Under the pieces are notes generated by a model, which saw only the letters and a list, made by a program, of their open reading frames with translations, made no database searches and was not told where the DNA came from. Shown piece by piece: positions 55,233 to 64,000 of a stretch of 64,000 nt of DNA; the first letter of the stretch is position 1; each line of letters opens with the position of its first letter. A program made the position numbers and the translations under genes. The DNA is taken from the NCBI GenBank assembly GCA_000002445.1, contig CP000069.1:224001-288000 (forward strand). Reading direction: 5' to 3'. This DNA is from Trypanosoma brucei. Lineage: Eukaryota.

Positions 55233-57044
55233 TTAAGTGCGGACCCAACCTCTACGTACCATAATGCCGGCGGCTGTGGAGGCCACACTTTCGTGACTCA
55301 ACACGGACGTCATGGAAGAACTGCTCAACTCGGTGTATGGAAATGCGGATTGTGTCGCCTCTTCATCTGACCGGACGCTGTGTGGGCCGTGCACGCAACT
55401 CGTCTGATGCCCAGTACTGAATAGCGTGCTTCCGAGCACATCTGCCCTCGTGCTTCCACGCCATGTCTGCGACGCCTGAGATTCTTGTCTGGCAGCAGCG
55501 GCGTCCCCATCATCTTCGTCTCCATCTTCCACACCGTCCCTGTCCGCGTCCACAACACCTCCAGTGCTGCTACTCTCCACTGCGCTTGTACCCACGCGCC
55601 GACGCCTCGGGATTGACGAAGACAATGCACCATTTTGAATGAATCGCAACATTTCCTTCGTTAGGGGCAGGCGTGGCTCGGACTCAAAACCAAGTTCAGA
55701 CACCGTTGCAGCGGTGTCGGTGTCACACCCTGTGTTATCGTCATCGAAGACGCTTTCGCTCTTGGCTAGCTCTGCCTCACTAAGATTCGCGGCATCCACA
55801 GATACCGTAGACGTCGGGAGGGGAATGTCCTGCAGAAGTTGATTGACAGCGTGGTGAGTAAGGGTATTAGGAGGATCTTGCGCCCGGTAATCCAGCCACA
55901 CTGGACCTGCGTAACGGTGCAGAGTGCCATCTCTCGTACAGAGCAGATCGACGGGCCGGCGCCCGCGACAACAAGGCGGTGCTACGAAGAAAACGAAGCG
56001 TTGCTCAGCAGTGGCACAGGCAAGCAGCGTTCTGCTAGAGCCGGTACCGAGTGAGACGACGTACGGTGCACAATCGGGATCGAGATAACTCACCGAAAGC
56101 CATACTGGAGTCTGGCAGCTGGTAGAAGCAACCAATGGGACATCATGATGGATGGTGATATGTGGCTCCTGAGTCGACAGCTGCTGCGAAGTCGAGGACG
56201 GGGCTACACGAGTAGGGGACGTAGGCAACGATGCCAATGACCCGTCCCAGATAGCAACACCGTCATGAGCACCGGACTTCTGCAGCTTCAAGAAACGCAC
56301 CTGCCGCTTCAACTCCTTCACTTGTGCCTCAAGATGCAGGTGAGGTACCGATGACCCTTCCGCTTCCTTGCTTGATGCTGCGCTAAAAGAATCCATAGGT
56401 CCATTCCCTGATGCCGACGGTGGTGCTTCAGACACGGCACCGCGTGCCGACGGCTGCAAATGGGAAGGACCCGCCAGCTTGCTTGACGTCTCACTGCTCC
56501 TTCCTCCCTGGCAAGAGGGCGTCGGACTGTCTGATTGATTACGCGGAACTGCGGTCACAGGTGGTAATGTGCGGCCAACAATTGTACCGAACGGGCCTTC
56601 GCCACCCTTATGTCGCATCACCTGAAACCGAACGCCCCGATTACCGTCAGGCTTCTCATTAGTAATCGCTGGGAGAAGAAACGCAGTAAAATCTGCGGCC
56701 TCGGCAGTGCTGTTGGTGTCGTCGGGTTGTGTGCCTGTGGATGCGGCCTCGCACTCAATCCACCCACTGAGACTTGCAACCCCTTCAGGGTCGGGCACAA
56801 AACCGAAACCGAGCATAAGCTCTACAGCGTGGCAAGCGCCCTCCGTTTCAACAAGTCGGCGCCATGCAGTGGAGCTCATATAAACATATGCCGGATTCTG
56901 GCACTTTTCAGAAACATGCATGGAACAGTCTTTTTCATTTGACGGTATGTAATGCAAAACACTGCGCCAACAGGTATCGAGGTCCGGTGGTTGCGGCAAT
57001 TGCGAGGACCCTGTTTCTTCGTCGGAGGGGGAATGGAGATCCAT
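55233..57044 (-). CDS. Hypothetical Ser/Pro-rich protein, 603 aa from proposed start
   Basis: The ORF is open up to 57362, but its first codon is TTG. The upstream part (LLLLLPLFPLL) translates a polypyrimidine tract followed by an AG (ctcgcag), so it is probably the trans-splice signal rather than coding sequence. The next ATG (MDLHSPSDEE) was verified at 57042..57044. The earlier in-frame ATGs at 57302 and 57254 cannot be excluded. Confidence 0.55.
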   Translation of the reverse strand: MDLHSPSDEETGSSQLPQPPDLDTCWRSVLHYIPSNEKDCSMHVSEKCQNPAYVYMSSTAWRRLVETEGACHAVELMLGFGFVPDPEGVASLSGWIECEAASTGTQPDDTNSTAEAADFTAFLLPAITNEKPDGNRGVRFQVMRHKGGEGPFGTIVGRTLPPVTAVPRNQSDSPTPSCQGGRSSETSSKLAGPSHLQPSARGAVSEAPPSASGNGPMDSFSAASSKEAEGSSVPHLHLEAQVKELKRQVRFLKLQKSGAHDGVAIWDGSLASLPTSPTRVAPSSTSQQLSTQEPHITIHHDVPLVASTSCQTPVWLSVSYLDPDCAPYVVSLGTGSSRTLLACATAEQRFVFFVAPPCCRGRRPVDLLCTRDGTLHRYAGPVWLDYRAQDPPNTLTHHAVNQLLQDIPLPTSTVSVDAANLSEAELAKSESVFDDDNTGCDTDTAATVSELGFESEPRLPLTKEMLRFIQNGALSSSIPRRRRVGTSAVESSSTGGVVDADRDGVEDGDEDDGDAAAARQESQASQTWRGSTRADVLGSTLFSTGHQTSCVHGPHSVRSDEEATQSAFPYTELSSSSMTSVLSHESVASTAAGIMVRRGWVRT

Positions 57045-57897
57045 TTCCTTCCTCTGCCTCGCCTTCAATATTCTCTTTTGCCGGTATTTTTTCTTATTTT
57101 GTTCTTGCTTCCTCTTTTTCCCCCCCTTTCCGCTACTTCCCTCGTTAATTCTTGTACCGCTATTTTTATCGATCCCGCCTGGTTTGGAGGTGGAAGCTGC
57201 GAGCAGAGGAAAAAGAGGCAACAGAAGGAGAAGAGGCGAAAAAAGTTTATGCATCGCCGTTGATGATGATGATGGCCACCGGAATAATAACAGAGGCAAC
57301 ATAGAAATAGAAGCGGCATCCGAAGCGTCTTCGCGCCGCGGGGATGGGAAAATAAACGCCAATTAAGAGGAGAAAAAAAAGTTCATGTGAGGAAAGAGAA
57401 GTAACTGACGGAGGGAAGAAAACACTGTGACCTACCGAGGCGCGATATGACGACAGCAGTTTGTTAACCTCGACTGCACATGCGTGTAACTGCTGTCAGA
57501 ACCTCCTTCTCCCCCCCAAAAAAAGAAGACAAGTTACGGCAAGAAAGCGCAACAGCACTAAGCGCGACTCTCTTACTTTACACGCATTTCATTCTTTCCC
57601 TTCCCCTTTCCTTTAGCTTTTCCTCTTTCACCTCATCAGTTTCTTCTGTCGGAGCACAAAGCCGACTTCTCAAACCTGATGGAGAGAAGCTAAAAAAAGA
57701 TGTATACCACATTCTCTTACTCCCTTCATTCTCATCCGCGAGCCCCAACTTTAAGAAATCAGTTGGGCACTCCTCGACCCTCCAACTAACTCCCTCCAAC
57801 CAATAAACGTTGTGTACCTCTTAAGGCACCAACGCAACCAGAATTCGTCATGCCCTTCCCATTACTCCACACACGCACAAACGACCCCCAAAAGGGG

Positions 57898-58989
57898 TCA
57901 CGTTTCTGTTTTTATCTTCTTCACACACGCCTGTTCGACCTTTCCCACACCGCTACGCTTTTGTGCCCATGCGAACTGACCCTTCATGGCGGTCTTTCGC
58001 CGCTCATCATGTGCCTCCATCGCCACTTTTATCAAATCGAGAACCCTGGGAGCAAGAGTACCTGCCGCCTCGATGCATGCATTAAGATCCTTCAGATGAA
58101 TACTACAACCCTCAGCCTTCACTACAGTGCAGACTTGACCCTCTGCGTTGATGGCAACAACAATTGACGATGCCGCCGCGAGGGATTCCGCTGTTGTGGG
58201 ATCGACTACTACACCCAGCGGCTGCGGGGAAGTCCCATCAATAGCAAATGCACTTGCAGTATCGATGGAATTCCCAACTCCAGAAGAAGGTTGGGGACCA
58301 GATGACGATCCCGTTGCGGAAAGCGCACGCTGATGATTGAGCGCCTTTTCGCGTTCAGTTGGAGCCATCGTAATGGCAAAAGTGAATGGCAACGGCGTGT
58401 GTTGCACGGACAGCGGGACTGGCTCCCGCTCGTGTGGTGGGTGCACAATGACAGAACTTCCTCGTACGGTGAGCTCCGGACGCCGGTGATGCATGAGTAA
58501 AGCGATAACAGCCCACACGGCTGCATCATTGCAGTTCCCTTCATCATTCATGATCGTGACATCAACTGTAAGGCTCCAGACTTTCTGGCCGGGAAGAACG
58601 CAGAGACCCGCTGTGTCAATGACACCTCCCGTCCGTACCAGGCGCTCGAGAAACGCGACTAAATTTTTTTGAGTTGAGCCGTCTGCTGCGGGACTGTCCC
58701 TCTCCGTGTGAAGTCGCCGAACGGAGAAGTGTAAAAGACCATGTTTGGGCCGCTGCGGCGTGGGCTCCACAAGTGCAGTTGCGATAGCGGCCGTAACTAC
58801 GGAGCCGCCACAACGGACAACTACAACATCACGTGAGAGCAGCGGAAACTCAACCGAAACTTCCCGCATCTGTTGAGCGGTGCGCTGATCGGGGCGCAGA
58901 CCCGCGAGCCAAGCGGATTTCGTAAACTCAACTTCTCGCTGAGTGAGTGCGGGGCTGGCGATGACTAACGCTGCTCGTTGGTACTGCAT
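57898..58989 (-). CDS. RRP45: Exosome RNase PH-type subunit (RRP45/RRP42-like), 363 aa
   Basis: ATG verified at 58989. RNase PH domain 1 and domain 2 architecture and a C-terminal basic tail. Its position fits Tb927.6.670, which I recall as RRP45. The specific subunit name is less certain than the family. Confidence 0.8.
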   Translation of the reverse strand: MQYQRAALVIASPALTQREVEFTKSAWLAGLRPDQRTAQQMREVSVEFPLLSRDVVVVRCGGSVVTAAIATALVEPTPQRPKHGLLHFSVRRLHTERDSPAADGSTQKNLVAFLERLVRTGGVIDTAGLCVLPGQKVWSLTVDVTIMNDEGNCNDAAVWAVIALLMHHRRPELTVRGSSVIVHPPHEREPVPLSVQHTPLPFTFAITMAPTEREKALNHQRALSATGSSSGPQPSSGVGNSIDTASAFAIDGTSPQPLGVVVDPTTAESLAAASSIVVAINAEGQVCTVVKAEGCSIHLKDLNACIEAAGTLAPRVLDLIKVAMEAHDERRKTAMKGQFAWAQKRSGVGKVEQACVKKIKTET

Positions 58990-59274
58990 GGCGTAAAATC
59001 ACACGAAATAGCTCACAGTAGCTCACGCCTCGGGTCTTTTCCTTGTTTACCCCTATCTTCACTTCCTTTTTGTCATTAGGCATAGGAACCCGTTGAAAAG
59101 AACAATAACAAACAGTAACAGTGGAAACTCTTTTTTTTTTTTCAAAAAAAGAAACAATTAAAATGTACGTGAGCGATGTGTCGTATACGTGCGGATTTCG
59201 GCGGCCAGTTGCACATTTCAGCTAACGCTATTCACACCCCCCAAAAGAAAAACCAAGAGCCCATATGTTTCCAG

Positions 59275-60336
59275 TCACTCATCGTTCCCGATTTCGTACG
59301 CCTCAACGGCAAAATCCTCATCTTCATCTTCCAACATTTGGCTCTGCACCACTCGCATGGGAGTCAACCCACCGCCGTCCTCCAGCTCCTCCTTTGACCA
59401 CACCTTACTTGCTACAGGGCCGTTCAACAACTCCTCCTTGCGGCATCGTTCCTCAGCCTCAAGCACCTCAGCACTGCGAATGCGACGGTCGTGCTCCGCA
59501 TCATATGCCGTAATATCTGGCTTTGCGAGAAAAACTCCCAAGTGTCCGCCACGAGGCAGATCATTGCACATGCGGCTAATGTTATCGTAGTGATCATCGC
59601 ATTCATCAGCTTCTCCTTCCGAGCCCACTTCTTTTGTTTCCGCAGCAGCAGCAGCAGAGGAAGCAGCCGCCTCCTCAGCCTCTACGGGGTTTAAGCGCCT
59701 CCAGCCCGATATTGACGGCGCCTCTCCTCCTGTGGATTTCCTTCGGCTGTACAATGGAAGGATGCCGTCTACAGCGACACCAGCACCCAATTCCATGGAG
59801 TTCCGCGTCTTATTTTCGATGCGCTCCATTCGTGCCCGGTGCTTCTCCCGTAACCGTTCGCGTTCCTCCTCGAGCCGCTCATCCTCCGGCCGGCGGGAGT
59901 TGCTTTGATACAAAAAGTAGTGCTGCATTAACATCCGCATGGCGAGACGTGTGTCACCTTCAACGAGGCGTCGCTCCTCATCAGCGATCTGCGCCTCGGA
60001 GTGTTGAGGCTCTTCACGTTCTGCTGGACCACTTTGATCAGTACCATCAGATTTGCGCTCAACGGTTTTTACACCCGTCCGGGCATTCGCGAGTGGTGCA
60101 GTTGCTGAGCGCGGGCTTTTGTTGCCGGGAACCTCCTGCTCTTTTTTGCCATTCCTATTATGACCACCATTTCCAGAGGTTTCCTTAAGTAATGATTTTG
60201 CTGAGCTCCTTGTTCCGTACAAAATATGGCTGCAACTGAAATGCCTCAGGTATATGGCAACTATGGGAAATGGCAGTTGATGACTGCATATTCTTTTCGC
60301 GGTGCGAAGGCGCGTGCAGCTTGACAGCTGCCACAT
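59275..60336 (-). CDS. Hypothetical acidic, charged-repeat protein, 353 aa from first ATG
   Basis: The track start at 60474 is GTG. The first ATG (MWQLSS) was verified at 60334..60336. The C-terminal two thirds is convincingly coding (E/R-rich, non-repetitive); the N-terminal ~60 aa may still be UTR, with alternative starts downstream. Confidence 0.5.
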   Translation of the reverse strand: MWQLSSCTRLRTAKRICSHQLPFPIVAIYLRHFSCSHILYGTRSSAKSLLKETSGNGGHNRNGKKEQEVPGNKSPRSATAPLANARTGVKTVERKSDGTDQSGPAEREEPQHSEAQIADEERRLVEGDTRLAMRMLMQHYFLYQSNSRRPEDERLEEERERLREKHRARMERIENKTRNSMELGAGVAVDGILPLYSRRKSTGGEAPSISGWRRLNPVEAEEAAASSAAAAAETKEVGSEGEADECDDHYDNISRMCNDLPRGGHLGVFLAKPDITAYDAEHDRRIRSAEVLEAEERCRKEELLNGPVASKVWSKEELEDGGGLTPMRVVQSQMLEDEDEDFAVEAYEIGNDE

Positions 60337-63300
60337 TACGAATATGGTTCTAATCGCTACCAATGTGGTCAATGTTTTTCTTTTTTTTTTCTTTTTTCTT
60401 TGAGACACGGTTTTGTGTGTGTGTTGTCTCCTCGCTTCTCCTTCTCTAAGCGACGTTACTCTTTCCGTGTTCACTTCCCTTCCCTTCCTTTCACTTGAAC
60501 GCCGACACCACTGCTGTGCAGGATTCTCTGAGAAACACAGGGACGACTCCAGACGACCGGAGAGAAAAAAAAAACAAAAAAAAAAAAGAAAACAAAGGCA
60601 AAAACACCAACACTAACACCAACCGCAACTACAGGTGCCACCAATAACCCGAGGAAAAAGAGAAAGAAAGCGAGAGATGAAACATTCAAAATTAATAGAT
60701 GGGTGAAAACAGTTCATTAGTATTTAATGGCACCATCAAAGGAATGCCACACAAACGTACCCATAAGGGCTTCATTACGTCCCCCCCCCTCAAAAAAAAA
60801 AAAGAGAGAGAAAAAACTCGAAGGGCAACACTTCGAGTTGAGAATTGCTGGGCTTCAAAACGAAGCAAAAAAAAAAAGAAAGGAAAGAAGACCAAACAAA
60901 TGTTCGATCTCGCACATATGGCAGCCTCCTTCCACCCACTTGAGGTTACTGAGACTGCTTCTTTATTTCAGAATAAAAAACAGTGAAGCGATAGCAATTT
61001 GTTGTTATTATTATTATTGTTGTTTTATTATTATTTCATTCATTCACTCACTCGACCTTTTTCTTTTCCAACACATTTTTAGGAAACTCTCTTCGAATGT
61101 TTTTTTTTTTTCACATCACTTGGTCATCACCCAACTTTTTTCTTGTTTCGGTGAGTCGCTTTTAATGCTCTTTTTCACATAACATATCTTGTATTTCTAT
61201 TTCTATTCTTCCTTTTTCTTTCTTTCATTTATTCATTCATATAAATAAATAAATAAATATATATATATATATATATATTTCGGTGCATGAATATTCACAC
61301 GAATTATGTGCACAAAACCTGTAAATAAATAAATAAACAACAAATAGAAAATAAAAAAGGAACCAAAAGAAGGAAAACATAAAACAAAAGAAGGGCAGGG
61401 GATTGGGGGAAAAGGGAGGTCTGTTGAAAAACTGTCCACATGTCTTAAAAGTAAAAAACAACAAAAAACAACAAAACAACATTAAAAACTGTAATGTCAA
61501 CATCACGTGTTTAAACTCTCCCTTCACCTCCCCCCCTTTTTTTCCCCCTCATCAACATCCAATTATTGGCTTCATATTTATTTATTTGTACATCTAAGCC
61601 TTGAAGAACAAATTAACAAACAAATAAATGAGTAAAACATGAAAAAAAATCCCATATTATATCATATAAATAAATATAAATATATAAATAAATACAAATG
61701 AAACAATAATATTTGTAAAAAAAAAAGGTAAAACAAAAATTAAAATCAATACGAAAACATTTGCATACTTATTCACAAAAAACATCATATCAGCAGCGTA
61801 GTGGTATGATGGGGAGAGAAGTTCTTTTTTAATTTTTATTTCCCACAATCGCGACAACCATTTAAAAGGAAAAAAAAAAAACAACAACATCAACAAATCT
61901 GGAGATAAATCATGAAAGAAGAAAGAAGAGGAAAACAATGGGGAAGACCGGCATCAAAAATAAAAGCAAAACACAAATTAACAAACAACAAAAGTAAATG
62001 AAACGAATCCGTTTTGATTTATCATTTTGTCGTTTTGCCTTTTTTTAACAGAATTCTTCACGTCTTTTTTTTTCTTTTTCGTGGTGCCCATATTATTGCT
62101 ATTATTAGCAATTAGCATTCGTTTTCTTTTATTGTTGTTATTGTTCTGAAATAATTTAAAATACTTTTCGGTTGTCAACACCTTTTTTCTCGTTGTAATA
62201 AATAAATAAATATATATATATATATGTCGAGATTTATTTTTGGTGTTTTTGCCGGAAAAAAAAAACTGTAAAAAAAATTAAAAAAAAACCGAACGAAATG
62301 AGGGAAAATATCCGCGAGCAAAAAAAATCTTTCGGTTGCCTTTCGTCTTTTTTTTTTTTTGCCTCCCCTTTGAAACAAAACTAAATAGAATGACTATATG
62401 GAGATTAAAATTAAAAAAAAAAAAGCAACAACAACAACACCAACAAAAAGGGAGAATTAAAAAAAGAGAGAGAAAGAAAAAAAAGGAAATAAGGGGAATT
62501 CTCGAATGACAACGTCACCACGTGAAAGTAAAATAACAGTTATATAAAAGAAAAATAGTAAAGAACAACAAAAACGAAAACAAAAGAAAAAAGAAAAAAG
62601 AAACGGTCCCACGACGCGTAAACATTCATAAAATAAATGGGTATATCACCATATAAATAAAAATATTTGAAGATGAAATTATGTAGGAGAATTTGTTTGT
62701 TTGCGCACCACGAGTTTGTTATGTCCATCATCACGAATTTATATAAATACTGACTCCACCTTTTCATCTCTTTTTCTATTTTTATTTTTATACATTTTTG
62801 TGTATTTGTAATATATCCCCCTTTTTATTAGTACTTTTCTTACAAGTTTCAAAATATAGACAACTTTATATATATATATATATATATTTGGTCACTGTTA
62901 AGTAATAAGTGTCTCCAATGCCCCAGCAGGGAGAATCACACGTAAAAAACAAAAAACAAAAAAACAAAAAACAAAAACCAACAACAGTGAACAAACATAA
63001 CAGGAGGAGTAAGGAAGGTTTGACCAATACAAATAATGATGAAAATAACAATAAACTTAAAATCCATCTATAACTTTGTTCCCATCTCTCTTATCACATA
63101 AATACACACAAGTACACACAATAACAACAACAACAACAAAAGAAGAAATAATAATAATAATAATAAAAATAATAGTGATAGTAACAGTAATTATAGCGGT
63201 AGAAAATTACCACCACTACCACCATCTCCCATATTTTCTGCATTTTTCGCGTAACGGCTGCGTGACAAAATGAAAAGCTTCAAGCTTCCGTCAAGTGACT

Positions 63301-63661
63301 TAAAACATTCATTCAAATGCCATGATATTTCGAGCGATTATATTTCCTCTTATCTTCTCTTCTCTCCTCTCTTCTATTCTATTCGTTTTCCTTTTATTTA
63401 TTTATTTATCCATCCATCCATTCATCCATTTTATTAAATTCATTTCTTTTTATTTTTCGTTTCACGTGGAATGAAATTATAGTGCAAAAGGAATGGAACA
63501 AAAGCAAAACCCCAAATGGCCCCCCCCACTTCCTTAATTCATTTATTCCCCTTCCTTTTCACACATATAAACACAAACATAAATATAAGCACATAATTGA
63601 ATATATAAAATATGTAATGAAACATATCATAATGGAACACACAAACACACACACAAACTCA

Positions 63662-63662
<1 letters not shown>

Positions 63663-63697
<35 letters not shown>
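63663..63697. repeat. (CA)17 microsatellite
   Basis: Direct reading. Confidence 0.95.
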
Positions 63698-63698
<1 letters not shown>

Positions 63699-64000
63699 AA
63701 CAAACAAATGGCCGACAGAAAAAAAAAAAGAGAAACTGTAACGCAAAGGAACCATATAATAATATAAAAAAGTTGAATTTAATTAAAAATAAAGCAAAGC
63801 AAATCAACTCAAAAAGAAAAAAAAAAACACAAGCGCTCATGTGTGGAAACACATTCAGTCATAGTCATAAGTTGAAAGGTGAGATGGCGATGGTAACAAT
63901 AACAATAAATATTAATAACAGCAACAACAATAGCATACATACACATCTATACATACATGGCTTTATTTTTATTTCATTCGTTCTTCCGTTTGTACGTTCA

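Noticed and set aside
57045-57362. N-terminal 106-aa extension of the 603-aa ORF, including the signal-peptide-like MHKLFSPLLLLLPLFPLLAAS
   Set aside because: The first codon is TTG and the hydrophobic run is the translation of a polypyrimidine tract followed by an AG. It is more parsimoniously the trans-splice signal than a signal peptide. Kept as a caveat in the feature evidence.
1-64000. Prokaryotic-style systems (CRISPR arrays, restriction-modification, toxin-antitoxin, defence islands, operons, IS elements)
   Set aside because: The sequence is clearly eukaryotic and kinetoplastid: unidirectional gene arrays, polypyrimidine/AG trans-splice signals, procyclin genes, GPI signals. There are no regular spacer-repeat arrays or IS-like inverted-repeat-flanked transposase ORFs.

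Overview
This window is kinetoplastid nuclear DNA and matches the Trypanosoma brucei chromosome-6 procyclin expression locus with its downstream neighbourhood. It is not prokaryotic: there are no operons, Shine-Dalgarno spacing, CRISPR arrays or defence-island features. Long polypyrimidine/polypurine tracts and microsatellites sit between unidirectional gene arrays, which is the signature of trans-spliced polycistronic units.

Plus strand, 1.4-6.7 kb: a procyclin promoter region, then GPEET procyclin (GPEET pentapeptide repeats), EP procyclin (EP dipeptide repeats, N-glycosylation sequon NGT) and PAG3 (signal peptide plus GPI signal). The 5' flanks of GPEET and EP3 are duplicated. Their 3'UTRs carry a stem-loop with compensatory base changes. 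A conserved 45-nt block lies ~420 nt downstream of each procyclin stop.

A 236-bp direct repeat (1-236 and 8637-8872) brackets the procyclin unit.

6.7-14 kb is a convergent strand-switch zone with no intact gene. It contains a chain of frame-shifted ORF fragments on the minus strand at 9.4-11.2 kb that looks like a decayed gene.

14-60.5 kb is a minus-strand array of 13 genes whose order and sizes fit Tb927.6.560-Tb927.6.680. They are cathepsin-B-like cysteine peptidase (CatB), three hypotheticals, CAF1 deadenylase, a hypothetical with a mitochondrial-type N-terminus, a 2728-aa ASH/Ig-repeat protein with a central calponin-homology-like segment, a 730-aa hypothetical, the ApaH-like phosphatase ALPH1 (mRNA-decapping enzyme), a 1501-aa hypothetical, a 603-aa hypothetical, an RNase-PH-type exosome subunit (RRP45-like), and a 353-aa acidic hypothetical. 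These genes are separated by unusually long purine-rich, microsatellite-laden spacers of up to ~5.9 kb.

The ORF track uses non-ATG (GTG/TTG) starts for some ORFs, so I trimmed several CDS to the first in-frame ATG. I see no evidence of a novel, undescribed system. The most unusual structures are the flanking direct repeat, the overlap zone between the Pol I unit and the converging Pol II unit, and the giant gene-free spacers around ALPH1.
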